Positions 18,752 through 26,890 of a DNA stretch of 64,000 bases are shown here, piece by piece. The stretch comes from Gammaproteobacteria bacterium Ga0077554. GTDB taxonomy: Bacteria > Pseudomonadota > Gammaproteobacteria > Ga0077554 > Ga007554. Within the stretch, counting starts at the first letter, position 1, and each line of letters opens with the position of its first letter. The DNA lies in NCBI GenBank assembly GCA_001464585.1, contig LNFF01000031.1:67148-131147 (forward strand), given 5' to 3'. The notes under the pieces are model-generated. The model did no database searches and was not told the origin of the DNA. It saw nothing but the letters and a program-made list of their open reading frames with translations. A program made the position numbers and the translations under genes.

Positions 18752-21700
18752 TCAGGCGCGCTGTTTCAGCGAGAGAAGACGATCCAGCGGACAGGGCTTA
18801 TCTATGGCATACCCTTGCGCGTAGTCGACACCAATCTCGCAAAGCAGGTTGAGAATTTTGTCGTTTTCGACATATTCCGCCACCACTTTTTTATTCATGA
18901 AATGTCCAACCTCACAGATCGATTTTACCAACGCATAGTCGATGGAATTGACTTCCATATTTCTTACAAATACGCCGTCGATTTTAATGAAATCAACCGG
19001 CAAATTTTTAAGGTATGCATAGCTTGACATGCCACTTCCAAAGTCATCCAGCGCAAACATACAACCCGTTTTCTTAATCTCCGTTATAAATGCCGCCGCA
19101 TCCGAAAGATTGGTAATGCCGGCAGTTTCCGTGACCTCAAAACATATTTTATGCTGCGGGATCTGCGTGTTATTCATCTGCTCAAGGACAAAACCTATAA
19201 AGCTATCGTCGGTGATGCTTTGGCCTGAAAGATTGATGGTAAAAGCGGTAATATCCTCAAGGGCCTCGCGATGGTCCGCCATCCACTTAAAAACCTTTGT
19301 AATTACCCAGCGGTCCACTGCCGCCATACGCCCATACCATTCTGCCGCCTGTATGAATTCATGGGGAGATATAATATTTTTCTGGTCTTCCGCGACGCGC
19401 AGGAGTATCTCAAAATGGGGTTGTACCGAGGTGTCTCCATTAATCGGGACTATGCGCTGGCAGAAAAGTAGCAGGCGGTCTTCCTCCAGGATCCTGTCGA
19501 TTTTCCCCACCCATTTCATTACCGCGCTGTGCTGAACCAACTGGAAATTGTCAGCATGGTAGACTTGTAACCGGTTGCCTCCAGCAACTTTAGCAAGATT
19601 GCAGCTCGACTGTGCTGCCTGTAACAATTCTGTAATGTTATTACCGTGCGTATCCACCGGAACCAGCCCCATGCTCAGGGACACCGAAAAACGTTTGTCC
19701 TCCCACTCAAAGCGATAACCAGCAACGGCGTTAATCTGTTGCTCGGCAATAGCCCGTGCATCATCGGGAGAGGCGTTCTCCACAAGCATGCCGAACTCAT
19801 CACTACCCAGCCGCGCCAGCACGCCTCGGCCACTCAGCGTTTTCTTGAGTAACGCCGCCAGCTCCTTGAGCAGCGTATCACCGCCCACAGACCCGCAACT
19901 GTTATTGACCGCGCTGAACTTATCCACATCAACAAGACACAGCACATGTCGCAGACCGATCTGCTGCGCGCTCACCACAGCTTTGCCCAGCATGGACTCA
20001 AATTCCCGCCGGCTTATCAAGCCTGTCACCTGATCGTGGGTGGTTTCATAGAGCAGTTGCTTATGCAACTCCTGCAGTGCCGTATACTGCGCGCGATCCA
20101 TCGCCAGATCATCGGCATTGTCCAAGGGTATGGCATTGCCCAGACGCATTTTCCTGGCAAGATCCTTCGCACCAAGCACCTTCTCCTTCAGCCCCCGGGA
20201 ATTCACGAATACATAGACACCGCTGGTGGACTTGCTGACCCACGCAACCCGGAGCCGCTGCGCTTTTTCCTCATGCGTCAAAAACAGCATCCAGTCCCCT
20301 TCCTTGAGGCGGCGCGCTTGCTTCAACCACTTTTTCCATATCACATCGGCAGGATCTTCTGCGCTTTCTGGTTCATCGCCCCACTCTGCAACCACAGGGA
20401 CTTTCTCACATACCGTGACCACGTCCTTCACATTCTCTGCATAGGCCTTATCCTGCGCCTGGGTCAGCTTGTCCAACTGTACCAGAATCTTCGAAAATAC
20501 CTCGGAAGTGCCGTCGAACTCCTTGTTAATCCGGTCTATCAGACGGTCAATCGTATTCTTGATCGGGCTCTGGCTGGAACCAGTCTGTTCATTATCATGA
20601 ATTTCCAGTTGAGCAATCTTGTTTAGCACCTGGCGCGCGACATGGGCCCTGTCAAGAAACACTGTATTGTCCGCAAGGGTCAGCTTGAGAATAGGCAACT
20701 CGAGCCGCTTGAGCCAGGGTCTCACGCTCTCAGCGACGAGTGGATCATCCTGAATAGCATGAAAAAGATCACCAGCAACTTCCATGACACTGCTGTCATG
20801 TGCGCTGATCTCTTTATCAGCGCTTCCTGGATTAGCACGTTCCAGAACAGCGCGAACAAGGGATTTGATGTTTCTGGGCGCATTATTGCCAGCGATCTGA
20901 TCACTGTAATCTGCTTGCAAGCTGGCCAAAGCCGAAATGACATCCGAGACTGCGTATACCTGGCCGGGTGGCTGCGTTGATGGTGGCGGCTCACGATATG
21001 GCATTTGCACATCCGTGTGCGGCGGTCGCTCCCGGCATCCTGCCTCCCGCAACACTTGCACATCCGTGTGCGGCGCAAATACAGTTTCCGTCGGGCGCGA
21101 CACCTGATGCGCAACACCATCCCGAAGTCTGCGTATCTCGTGAGAGACCTGATATAGATTGCGTCCTCCCGGGCCAGCATTCCCAGTGATATTCGGGGGG
21201 ACATGCGGGGACGGCGCTACATCTCGTGGTGGCGCCGTATTTTCCCTAAGCACCCTGGATTTGAGATCGGGCAATACACCGAAGTCTACCAGGACAGCGT
21301 TGAGTTTTTGGTAAAGATCATTTGTTTTTTCAACAAGCACATCCTTGAAAACAGCGAGGCAGGCCGTGTTAGCCACCGGATCCAACCCCAGGGGTTTAAT
21401 GGCACTCAAGAAAGACTCTACAAAAAGGCCGGGGCCATAAGGGTTGTTATCTTTACCAATCGGTACATTACATACCATGGAGAGGCGTTGCTCTATCGCA
21501 AAGAGCAATTTCTTGTGCGTGGACTCAACATTGTAGTTAATATCCGAAATGGATAACCAGTCGGTCAGCGCATCATCTTCGACCAGCGACAACTCAGACA
21601 TGGGCACGCCATTTTTATCAGACGTTGCCTTCGATTGTGCTCTCAGTTGTTTGGGGGCAATATTTGCCAGGCGCTTATGGACGGCGACACGGAAAAGATC

Positions 21701-22381
21701 CGTCAGTGTTACGGCTGATCGATTCAGTACGTCACGTGCGTTAAAATACGAGTTCTGTTCCTTATGATTTTTTGTATCACGTGATAGTTCAAACATGCGG
21801 TTCGGCATTTTTGAGTTCACACTTTGAGAAATCCCATCAAGGGCGCTTTCGATTACACGGTTACATTCTTTCATGATCGTGTCGCCTTTCATATTATCGG
21901 TCATGTCACCGGTAACATTCATGGAAACATGGGATGTTTTTTCATCGCCAGGACTCGACCCCCTCGCGATGCTCCCCCCACTCGACATTCCAATGGCTGG
22001 CTGGATGGCAAAATCCTGCATGATCTGCAAAGCGGTCAGGTCAGGGTTAATGAACGCCATACCTGCGCCATCTTCAAAAGTACGGACAACACGTGCCTGA
22101 AATTGTAGCCGGTTATCCTGGTTTGTGGCCTGGACGATACAGTGGATGGTAATAATGTCGCCAGCAGCAGGTAAATGTCCCTGGGTGGCCGCCGCCAGAC
22201 TGGTAGGTTTCTGGTAGCTTAGAAGCATGCCGCCAATGCAGAAGTTACGTATGACGCATGACAGATGGGCGCCTCCTGCAACCCTGATGAATGCAGGCAG
22301 ATCTAAAGAATAACGCTGAAATGCACGCTTCCCTGCAGGATCAGCACACGTCTGCGATGGTGTTGAATAGTTGTTGTGCAT
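18752..22381 (-). CDS. Large c-di-GMP signalling protein: N-terminal PilZ-like domain, long middle region of unknown function, GGDEF domain with GSDEF variant motif, C-terminal EAL domain
   Basis: PilZ-like QRYSLDLPAFIRV...NFCIGGM. GGDEF region RLGSDEFGML. EAL region FEVTETAG...DDFGSGMSS...KIDGVFV. Preferred start is the ATG at 22381; the track start at 22504 lies inside repeat copy 4. Contains repeat copy 3 in frame. Confidence 0.65.
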   Translation of the reverse strand: MHNNYSTPSQTCADPAGKRAFQRYSLDLPAFIRVAGGAHLSCVIRNFCIGGMLLSYQKPTSLAAATQGHLPAAGDIITIHCIVQATNQDNRLQFQARVVRTFEDGAGMAFINPDLTALQIMQDFAIQPAIGMSSGGSIARGSSPGDEKTSHVSMNVTGDMTDNMKGDTIMKECNRVIESALDGISQSVNSKMPNRMFELSRDTKNHKEQNSYFNARDVLNRSAVTLTDLFRVAVHKRLANIAPKQLRAQSKATSDKNGVPMSELSLVEDDALTDWLSISDINYNVESTHKKLLFAIEQRLSMVCNVPIGKDNNPYGPGLFVESFLSAIKPLGLDPVANTACLAVFKDVLVEKTNDLYQKLNAVLVDFGVLPDLKSRVLRENTAPPRDVAPSPHVPPNITGNAGPGGRNLYQVSHEIRRLRDGVAHQVSRPTETVFAPHTDVQVLREAGCRERPPHTDVQMPYREPPPSTQPPGQVYAVSDVISALASLQADYSDQIAGNNAPRNIKSLVRAVLERANPGSADKEISAHDSSVMEVAGDLFHAIQDDPLVAESVRPWLKRLELPILKLTLADNTVFLDRAHVARQVLNKIAQLEIHDNEQTGSSQSPIKNTIDRLIDRINKEFDGTSEVFSKILVQLDKLTQAQDKAYAENVKDVVTVCEKVPVVAEWGDEPESAEDPADVIWKKWLKQARRLKEGDWMLFLTHEEKAQRLRVAWVSKSTSGVYVFVNSRGLKEKVLGAKDLARKMRLGNAIPLDNADDLAMDRAQYTALQELHKQLLYETTHDQVTGLISRREFESMLGKAVVSAQQIGLRHVLCLVDVDKFSAVNNSCGSVGGDTLLKELAALLKKTLSGRGVLARLGSDEFGMLVENASPDDARAIAEQQINAVAGYRFEWEDKRFSVSLSMGLVPVDTHGNNITELLQAAQSSCNLAKVAGGNRLQVYHADNFQLVQHSAVMKWVGKIDRILEEDRLLLFCQRIVPINGDTSVQPHFEILLRVAEDQKNIISPHEFIQAAEWYGRMAAVDRWVITKVFKWMADHREALEDITAFTINLSGQSITDDSFIGFVLEQMNNTQIPQHKICFEVTETAGITNLSDAAAFITEIKKTGCMFALDDFGSGMSSYAYLKNLPVDFIKIDGVFVRNMEVNSIDYALVKSICEVGHFMNKKVVAEYVENDKILNLLCEIGVDYAQGYAIDKPCPLDRLLSLKQRA
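20997..21064. repeat. Dispersed repeat, copy 3 (one 51-bp unit plus a 17-bp flanking direct repeat), intragenic and in frame in the PilZ-GGDEF-EAL gene
   Basis: cacatccgtgtgcggcg | gtcgctcccggcatcctgcctcccgcaacacttgcacatccgtgtgcggcg. Encodes PHTDVQVLREAGCRERPPHTDVQ on the minus strand. Confidence 0.8.
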
Positions 22382-22413
22382 CACTTCCTTAGCCTGACAC
22401 AGGAGGGTACCAC

Positions 22414-22565
22414 GGTCGCTTCCGGCATCCGACCGCCATGGATGGCGGAAGTGTCGAAAATGCAGGAGCATTTTTTCGACCTGCCTCTGGCGACACTTGT
22501 GCATCTCGGCAACTGCTCCTGCGTTGCTCTACCTTCCGCCATCCCTGGCGGTCGCATGCACGGCG
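22414..22565. repeat. Dispersed repeat, copy 4: composite of about 150 bp with two extra hairpin-containing segments nested in the unit
   Basis: ggtcgcttccggcatcc ... ctgcctctggcgacacttgtgcatc ... catgcacggcg, interrupted by segments containing ccgccatggatggcgg and ccgccatccctggcgg palindromes. Lies at or just upstream of the 5' end of the large c-di-GMP gene. Confidence 0.7.
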
Positions 22566-22856
22566 TAAACGAAAGACGCCCCTTTAACCTGAAAACGGCG
22601 ATTCAAGATTAACCCTCACCTTGCAACGCTGATTCAGCAACCAGACAGGGGGGTCTGTCAACTCTAATTATCGGCATTCCTTCATGCATTCTTTAAGATT
22701 GTGGGAGCCTCTGTCCAATCTAATCACAGCCGGACAGGGATCGAGTCCGGACGATGCACATCGCGTGTAATGAAACAAGGAGCAAAAACGAGGGGGACTG
22801 GCTGTGCCTGTTAAGGAACAACTCAACGGATACAAACAAGTCATGAGGAAGAAATG

Positions 22857-22933
22857 TGGTGCGCCCAGAGAGATTCGAACTCCCGACCGCCTGGTTCGTA
22901 GCCAGGTACTCTATCCAGCTGAGCTATGGGCGC
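22857..22933 (-). tRNA. tRNA-Arg (anticodon ACG)
   Basis: Reverse complement GCGCCCATAGCTCAGCTGGATAGAGTACCTGGCTACGAACCAGGCGGTCGGGAGTTCGAATCTCTCTGGGCGCACCA. Cloverleaf with CT-ACG-AA anticodon loop and 3' CCA. Confidence 0.9.
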
Positions 22934-23004
22934 ACAAGAAAGCCGTCTATTATGAATCATCCTGACGGGGTGTCAAGAACAAGACGTTACAACAGTAAAT
23001 AAGG

Positions 23005-23097
23005 TGGCGGAGAGAGAGGGATTCGAACCCTCGATGGAGTATTAAGCCCCATACTCCCTTAGCAGGGGAGCGCCTTCGACCACTCGGCCATCTCTCC
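23005..23097 (-). tRNA. tRNA-Ser (anticodon GCT), long variable arm
   Basis: Reverse complement GGAGAGATGGCCGAGTGGTCGAAGGCGCTCCCCTGCTAAGGGAG...GGGTTCGAATCCCTCTCTCTCCGCCA, 93 nt. The csrA - tRNA-Ser - tRNA-Arg order matches the E. coli csrA-serV-argV arrangement. Confidence 0.9.
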
Positions 23098-23180
23098 AAG
23101 GCTAGGGCAACCGCCATAAATAAGGCATCACTCTAGCGGGCGCTATCTTACCATTATTGGTCTGTCAGGGGGAGTAACTT

Positions 23181-23219
23181 TTGAAAAAAATAAAGGCCTC
23201 TGAAAGTTTCAGAAGCCTT
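23181..23219 (-). terminator. Rho-independent terminator downstream of csrA
   Basis: aaggcctctgaaa g tttcagaagcctt: 13-bp stem with one mismatch, followed on the minus strand by ttatttttttc. Confidence 0.7.
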
Positions 23220-23248
23220 CATTTTTCAAATCAGCGGTATGTGTAACG

Positions 23249-23458
23249 CTAAATCCCTAACCCTTCGTCGTCCGAACTGGGAGGATTCTGCTCTTTTTCT
23301 TTTTTGATACGCTCATAAATTTCTTCACGATGCACTGTCACGTCTTTTGGCGCATTGACGCCAATCCGTACCTGGTTACCCTTCACGCCCAGTACAGTAA
23401 CAGTGACGTTATCACCTATTATTAGTGTCTCACCCACACGACGGGTTAGAATCAACAT
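23249..23458 (-). CDS. csrA: Carbon storage regulator CsrA (RNA-binding translational regulator)
   Basis: [51 protein letters not shown], near-identical to canonical CsrA. Confidence 0.95.
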   Translation of the reverse strand: MLILTRRVGETLIIGDNVTVTVLGVKGNQVRIGVNAPKDVTVHREEIYERIKKEKEQNPPSSDDEGLGI

Positions 23459-23535
23459 GATTCATCTCCTTGAAATTCAAGCTACTGTCCCAGGTTTTCC
23501 AGGCTGTAAAATACTTTAATACTTGTGTACCCTTA

Positions 23536-23553
23536 CTATCTATATATAGATAG
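23536..23553. promoter_or_regulatory. 18-bp perfect palindrome ctatctatatatagatag about 80 nt upstream of csrA
   Basis: Self-complementary sequence in the csrA upstream region; possible operator. Confidence 0.35.
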
Positions 23554-23690
23554 CGGCGGCATTGTCGGAAACTGTATACGATCCATCCGAAAAAGTACGC
23601 TACTTTTCAGGATATATTACAGAAATCTTGCCCCAAGGAACGAGCGCTTGCCGCTATTGCTATATAAGACATTGTTTTTATTTAAATTAA

Positions 23691-24923
23691 TTATTTTTTT
23701 GCTGCTATTGGAGCGTCCAGATTAAATGCTGCGTGCAAGGCGCGCACGCCTAATTCCAGGTATTTTTCATCGACCACCACGGAAATTTTTATTTCGGAGG
23801 TGGATATCATACGGATATTAATACCTTCAGTGGCCAGGGCGCGGAACATGGTGCTGGCAATGCCGGCATGGGAGCGCATGCCTACACCCACCAGGGAAAC
23901 TTTAACGATTTTGTTGTCGCCGGTAACTTCGCGTGCGCCTAAATCTTTGGCGACGCCGCGCAAGATCCGCAACGCCTTGTCGTAGTCGTTACGGTGGACG
24001 GTGAAGGTGAAGTCGGTTGTGGTGTCTTCGGCAATATTCTGCACGATCATGTCCACTTCAATATTCGCATCGGCCACCGGGCCAAGAATACGGTACGCCA
24101 CGCCCGGTTGGTCGGGGACGCCCAAAATCGTTAATTTGGCCTCATCTCGGTTAAAGGCGATGCCGGAAATTAGCGCCTGTTCCATGCTGTTTTCCTCAGA
24201 GGTAATCAACGTGCCCGACCCTTCGGTGAAGGACGACAGCACGCGCAACGGTACATTATATTTGCTGGCAAATTCTACCGAGCGGATCTGCAACACTTTG
24301 GCGCCCAGGCTCGCCATTTCCAGCATTTCTTCGTAGGTAATGCGGTCGAGGCGGCGCGCTTGCGGCACCACGCGGGGATCCGTGGTGTAGACGCCATCCA
24401 CATCGGTGTAAATCTGGCATTCATCGGCTTTCAGCGCAGCTGCCAAGGCGACGGCGGTGGTATCTGACCCGCCGCGACCCAAAGTGGTGATGCTGCCGTT
24501 TTCATCTACACCCTGAAAACCGGCCACCACCAGCACGCGACCACACGCCAGATCTTTACGCAACCGCTCGGCGTCAATTTCGGTGATGCGCGCTTTGTTA
24601 AAGGCGCTGTCGGTGAGAATGCGCACTTGCGCGCCAGTATAAGAACGCGCCGGACAGCCACGCTTTTCCAGCGCCATGCTCAGTAATGCGATAGTGACTT
24701 GTTCGCCGGTGGATAGCAACACATCCAGTTCACGCGGGTCGGGCTGCGCGGCGATGGCTTTGGCCAGTCCCAGCAGACGATCGGTTTCGCCCGTCATGGC
24801 CGACAGCACCACAATCAGGTCATCGCCTGCCGCACGCGCGGCGGCGACCTTGTCGGCCACTTTGCCAATGCGTTCCAGCGAACCCACCGAGGTGCCACCG
24901 TATTTTTGGACTATCAATGCCAC
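23691..24923 (-). CDS. lysC: Aspartate kinase (LysC-type, ACT-domain containing)
   Basis: ALIVQKYGGTSVGS...VVLSAMTGETDRLL kinase N-terminus and C-terminal ACT repeats. Likely GTG start at 24923 (V-ALIVQKYGG). The track ORF extends 75 codons further upstream with no family support. Confidence 0.7.
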   Translation of the reverse strand: MALIVQKYGGTSVGSLERIGKVADKVAAARAAGDDLIVVLSAMTGETDRLLGLAKAIAAQPDPRELDVLLSTGEQVTIALLSMALEKRGCPARSYTGAQVRILTDSAFNKARITEIDAERLRKDLACGRVLVVAGFQGVDENGSITTLGRGGSDTTAVALAAALKADECQIYTDVDGVYTTDPRVVPQARRLDRITYEEMLEMASLGAKVLQIRSVEFASKYNVPLRVLSSFTEGSGTLITSEENSMEQALISGIAFNRDEAKLTILGVPDQPGVAYRILGPVADANIEVDMIVQNIAEDTTTDFTFTVHRNDYDKALRILRGVAKDLGAREVTGDNKIVKVSLVGVGMRSHAGIASTMFRALATEGINIRMISTSEIKISVVVDEKYLELGVRALHAAFNLDAPIAAKK

Positions 24924-25306
24924 TAGTTTCGCCGGATAGATCAAGAAGCCAGAAAAAGACGGGGATTTTACTTTAATACCGGGGAAAAGGGAACTATTAT
25001 CCTGTGGCAACTCGACATGCAGCACCCACCGTTGCGGTAGTCCGGCGCGTTGTGTAGTATCGGTTTGGGTATCCGATGTGCGTCTCGATAACCCACATCT
25101 TGCAGAAATGGCAGCACCCAACCCACGCTTTTTACAGTAATAAATCAACCCTAAATGGTGAATTTTGCAACTGCTTCGAATGCAAACAATTAAAGATTAT
25201 TAATTTTTTTTATGTAAATAGTGAAAGTTATTAATTTTTGTTTTTTTATTTCGCAACATACACTGACAGTAAGTAGCAAGCCACATACCTATTGGGGGAT
25301 CAAACC

Positions 25307-25633
25307 ATGAGACGGCTGGAACAGAAAAAACTACTGACCATCATCACCTCGCGCGCATTCGAAAAAATTATTATCGAGGCGGTGCGCATGCGCGGTGTCG
25401 GCGGCTATACCGTGGTGCAGGCCAGCAGCGGAGCCGGTGCTTCCGGGACTCAGGCGGGCATGTTCGACGGCGACTCCAACATCCTGATTTATATTATTAT
25501 GTCGGAGGCTCGCCTGGTCACCGTGCTTGATGATCTCGAAGACATGATGAACCGGGGCTACCGGATCAAGGCGGTCGTGACGGACATCTCGATCCTGCCA
25601 CGCAAGAATGCCTCCGGCGCATCCACGAACTAG
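25307..25633 (+). CDS. sbtB: P-II-like signalling protein, SbtB-like
   Basis: KKLLTIITSRAFEKIIIEAVRMRGVGGYTVV resembles SbtB/P-II (KKLVIVTEKILLKKI...GAKGYTVM). ATG at 25307 with GGGGGA RBS. Immediately upstream of the SbtA-family permease. Confidence 0.6.
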   Translation: MRRLEQKKLLTIITSRAFEKIIIEAVRMRGVGGYTVVQASSGAGASGTQAGMFDGDSNILIYIIMSEARLVTVLDDLEDMMNRGYRIKAVVTDISILPRKNASGASTN

Positions 25634-25874
25634 TCCTACTGTGTCACAAAGCGATCAAGGGATGCAGTGCAAGGCGAAATCGGGCGAAAAAGCGGAGTTT
25701 ACACGAAGTAAATGAGCATTTTGAGCCCGATTTTAACGCCGCAATGCGCCCTTCAGCGCTTTGTGACACAGTAGGGCTGGCACCGGAACTGGATGGAGCT
25801 ACCCTCGGGCACGAGTCCTCAGCACCGAAAAATCATATAATAAATAAGCCGATAGAAAATCAGGAAGATGCACC

Positions 25875-26879
25875 ATGGACATCAAATTATTTGCCACCCT
25901 GCTTGATCCCGCCATTTTATTCTTTTTCCTGGGCATATTTGCCGCGCTGGTGCGATCCAATCTGGAGATACCGGCGCCCATCGCCAAATTCCTGTCCTTG
26001 TACCTGCTCATGGCGATAGGTATCAAAGGTGGGGTGGCCTTGAGCGTGAGCGGCTTCCATATGCAGATGCTGGTCGGGCTTGCGATCGCGCTGTTCATGG
26101 CCTTCCTTGTGCCGCTGTACACCTTTCCCCTGCTGCGCCGCAAGCTCGACGGCTTCAACGCCGCCGCCATCGCGGCAACCTATGGCTCGGTGAGCGCGGT
26201 GACCTTTATCGCCGCTGGACAATTCCTCGACAATCAGGGTATCGAATACGGCGGATACATGGCGGTGGCGCTGGTGATTATGGAGGCGCCGGCCGTGATC
26301 ATGGCGGTAGGGCTCGCCGCCATGACGCGCGCGAGCCTGGCGAAGCACGGCGCGGGCGCTGCAGTGACGAATATTGGGCAACATGACGGTTCGTTTTCAT
26401 TGAAAAAGATCCTGCACGAGTCGTTCACCGACGGGGCCATCCTCTTGCTGATGGGGAGTCTCTTAATCGGCTTTATCGTGGGGGCGGAGAGCTATAAGGT
26501 CATGAAGCCTTTCACCGGCGACCTGTTCAAGGGCTTGTTAGCATTTTTCCTGTTGGAGATGGGAATTCTGGTCGCCCGGCGCATCCGCGAGATGAAGGGT
26601 GTAGGGCCGTTCCTTATAGCCTTTGCCTTCCTGATACCGGTGGTCAACGCGGTGATTGTCATCACCTTGTCCCACCTCGCCGGCTTATCAGCGGGGGATA
26701 CGCTGATGCTCGCGGTGCTCGCGGCGAGCGCCTCCTATATCGTGGTGCCGGCGGTAGTCCGCGTCGCCATTCCGGAGGCAAATCCGGGACTCTACTTCGG
26801 CATGGCGCTGGCGCTCACCTTCCCGTTCAACGTCGTGCTCGGGATACCGATGTATTACCAAATGATCCAACTTTTGTGA
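25875..26879 (+). CDS. sbtA: SbtA-family sodium-dependent bicarbonate transporter-like permease
   Basis: LSLYLLMAIGIKGGVAL, AAIAATYGSVSAVTF and C-terminal MLAVLAASASYIVVP...AIPEANPGLYFG segments align by eye with cyanobacterial SbtA (LLTKIGLTGG, ALATGGLFGAVSG, VLAVIAASSSDISGPP..IPSANPSAYIG). Confidence 0.65.
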   Translation: MDIKLFATLLDPAILFFFLGIFAALVRSNLEIPAPIAKFLSLYLLMAIGIKGGVALSVSGFHMQMLVGLAIALFMAFLVPLYTFPLLRRKLDGFNAAAIAATYGSVSAVTFIAAGQFLDNQGIEYGGYMAVALVIMEAPAVIMAVGLAAMTRASLAKHGAGAAVTNIGQHDGSFSLKKILHESFTDGAILLLMGSLLIGFIVGAESYKVMKPFTGDLFKGLLAFFLLEMGILVARRIREMKGVGPFLIAFAFLIPVVNAVIVITLSHLAGLSAGDTLMLAVLAASASYIVVPAVVRVAIPEANPGLYFGMALALTFPFNVVLGIPMYYQMIQLL

Positions 26880-26890
26880 GCAGTTAAGCC

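Noticed and set aside
22382-22504. Upstream start at 22504 for the large PilZ-GGDEF-EAL ORF
   Set aside because: The extra 41 codons are encoded entirely by the composite repeat element. The ATG at 22381 is preferred, although translation of the extension cannot be excluded.
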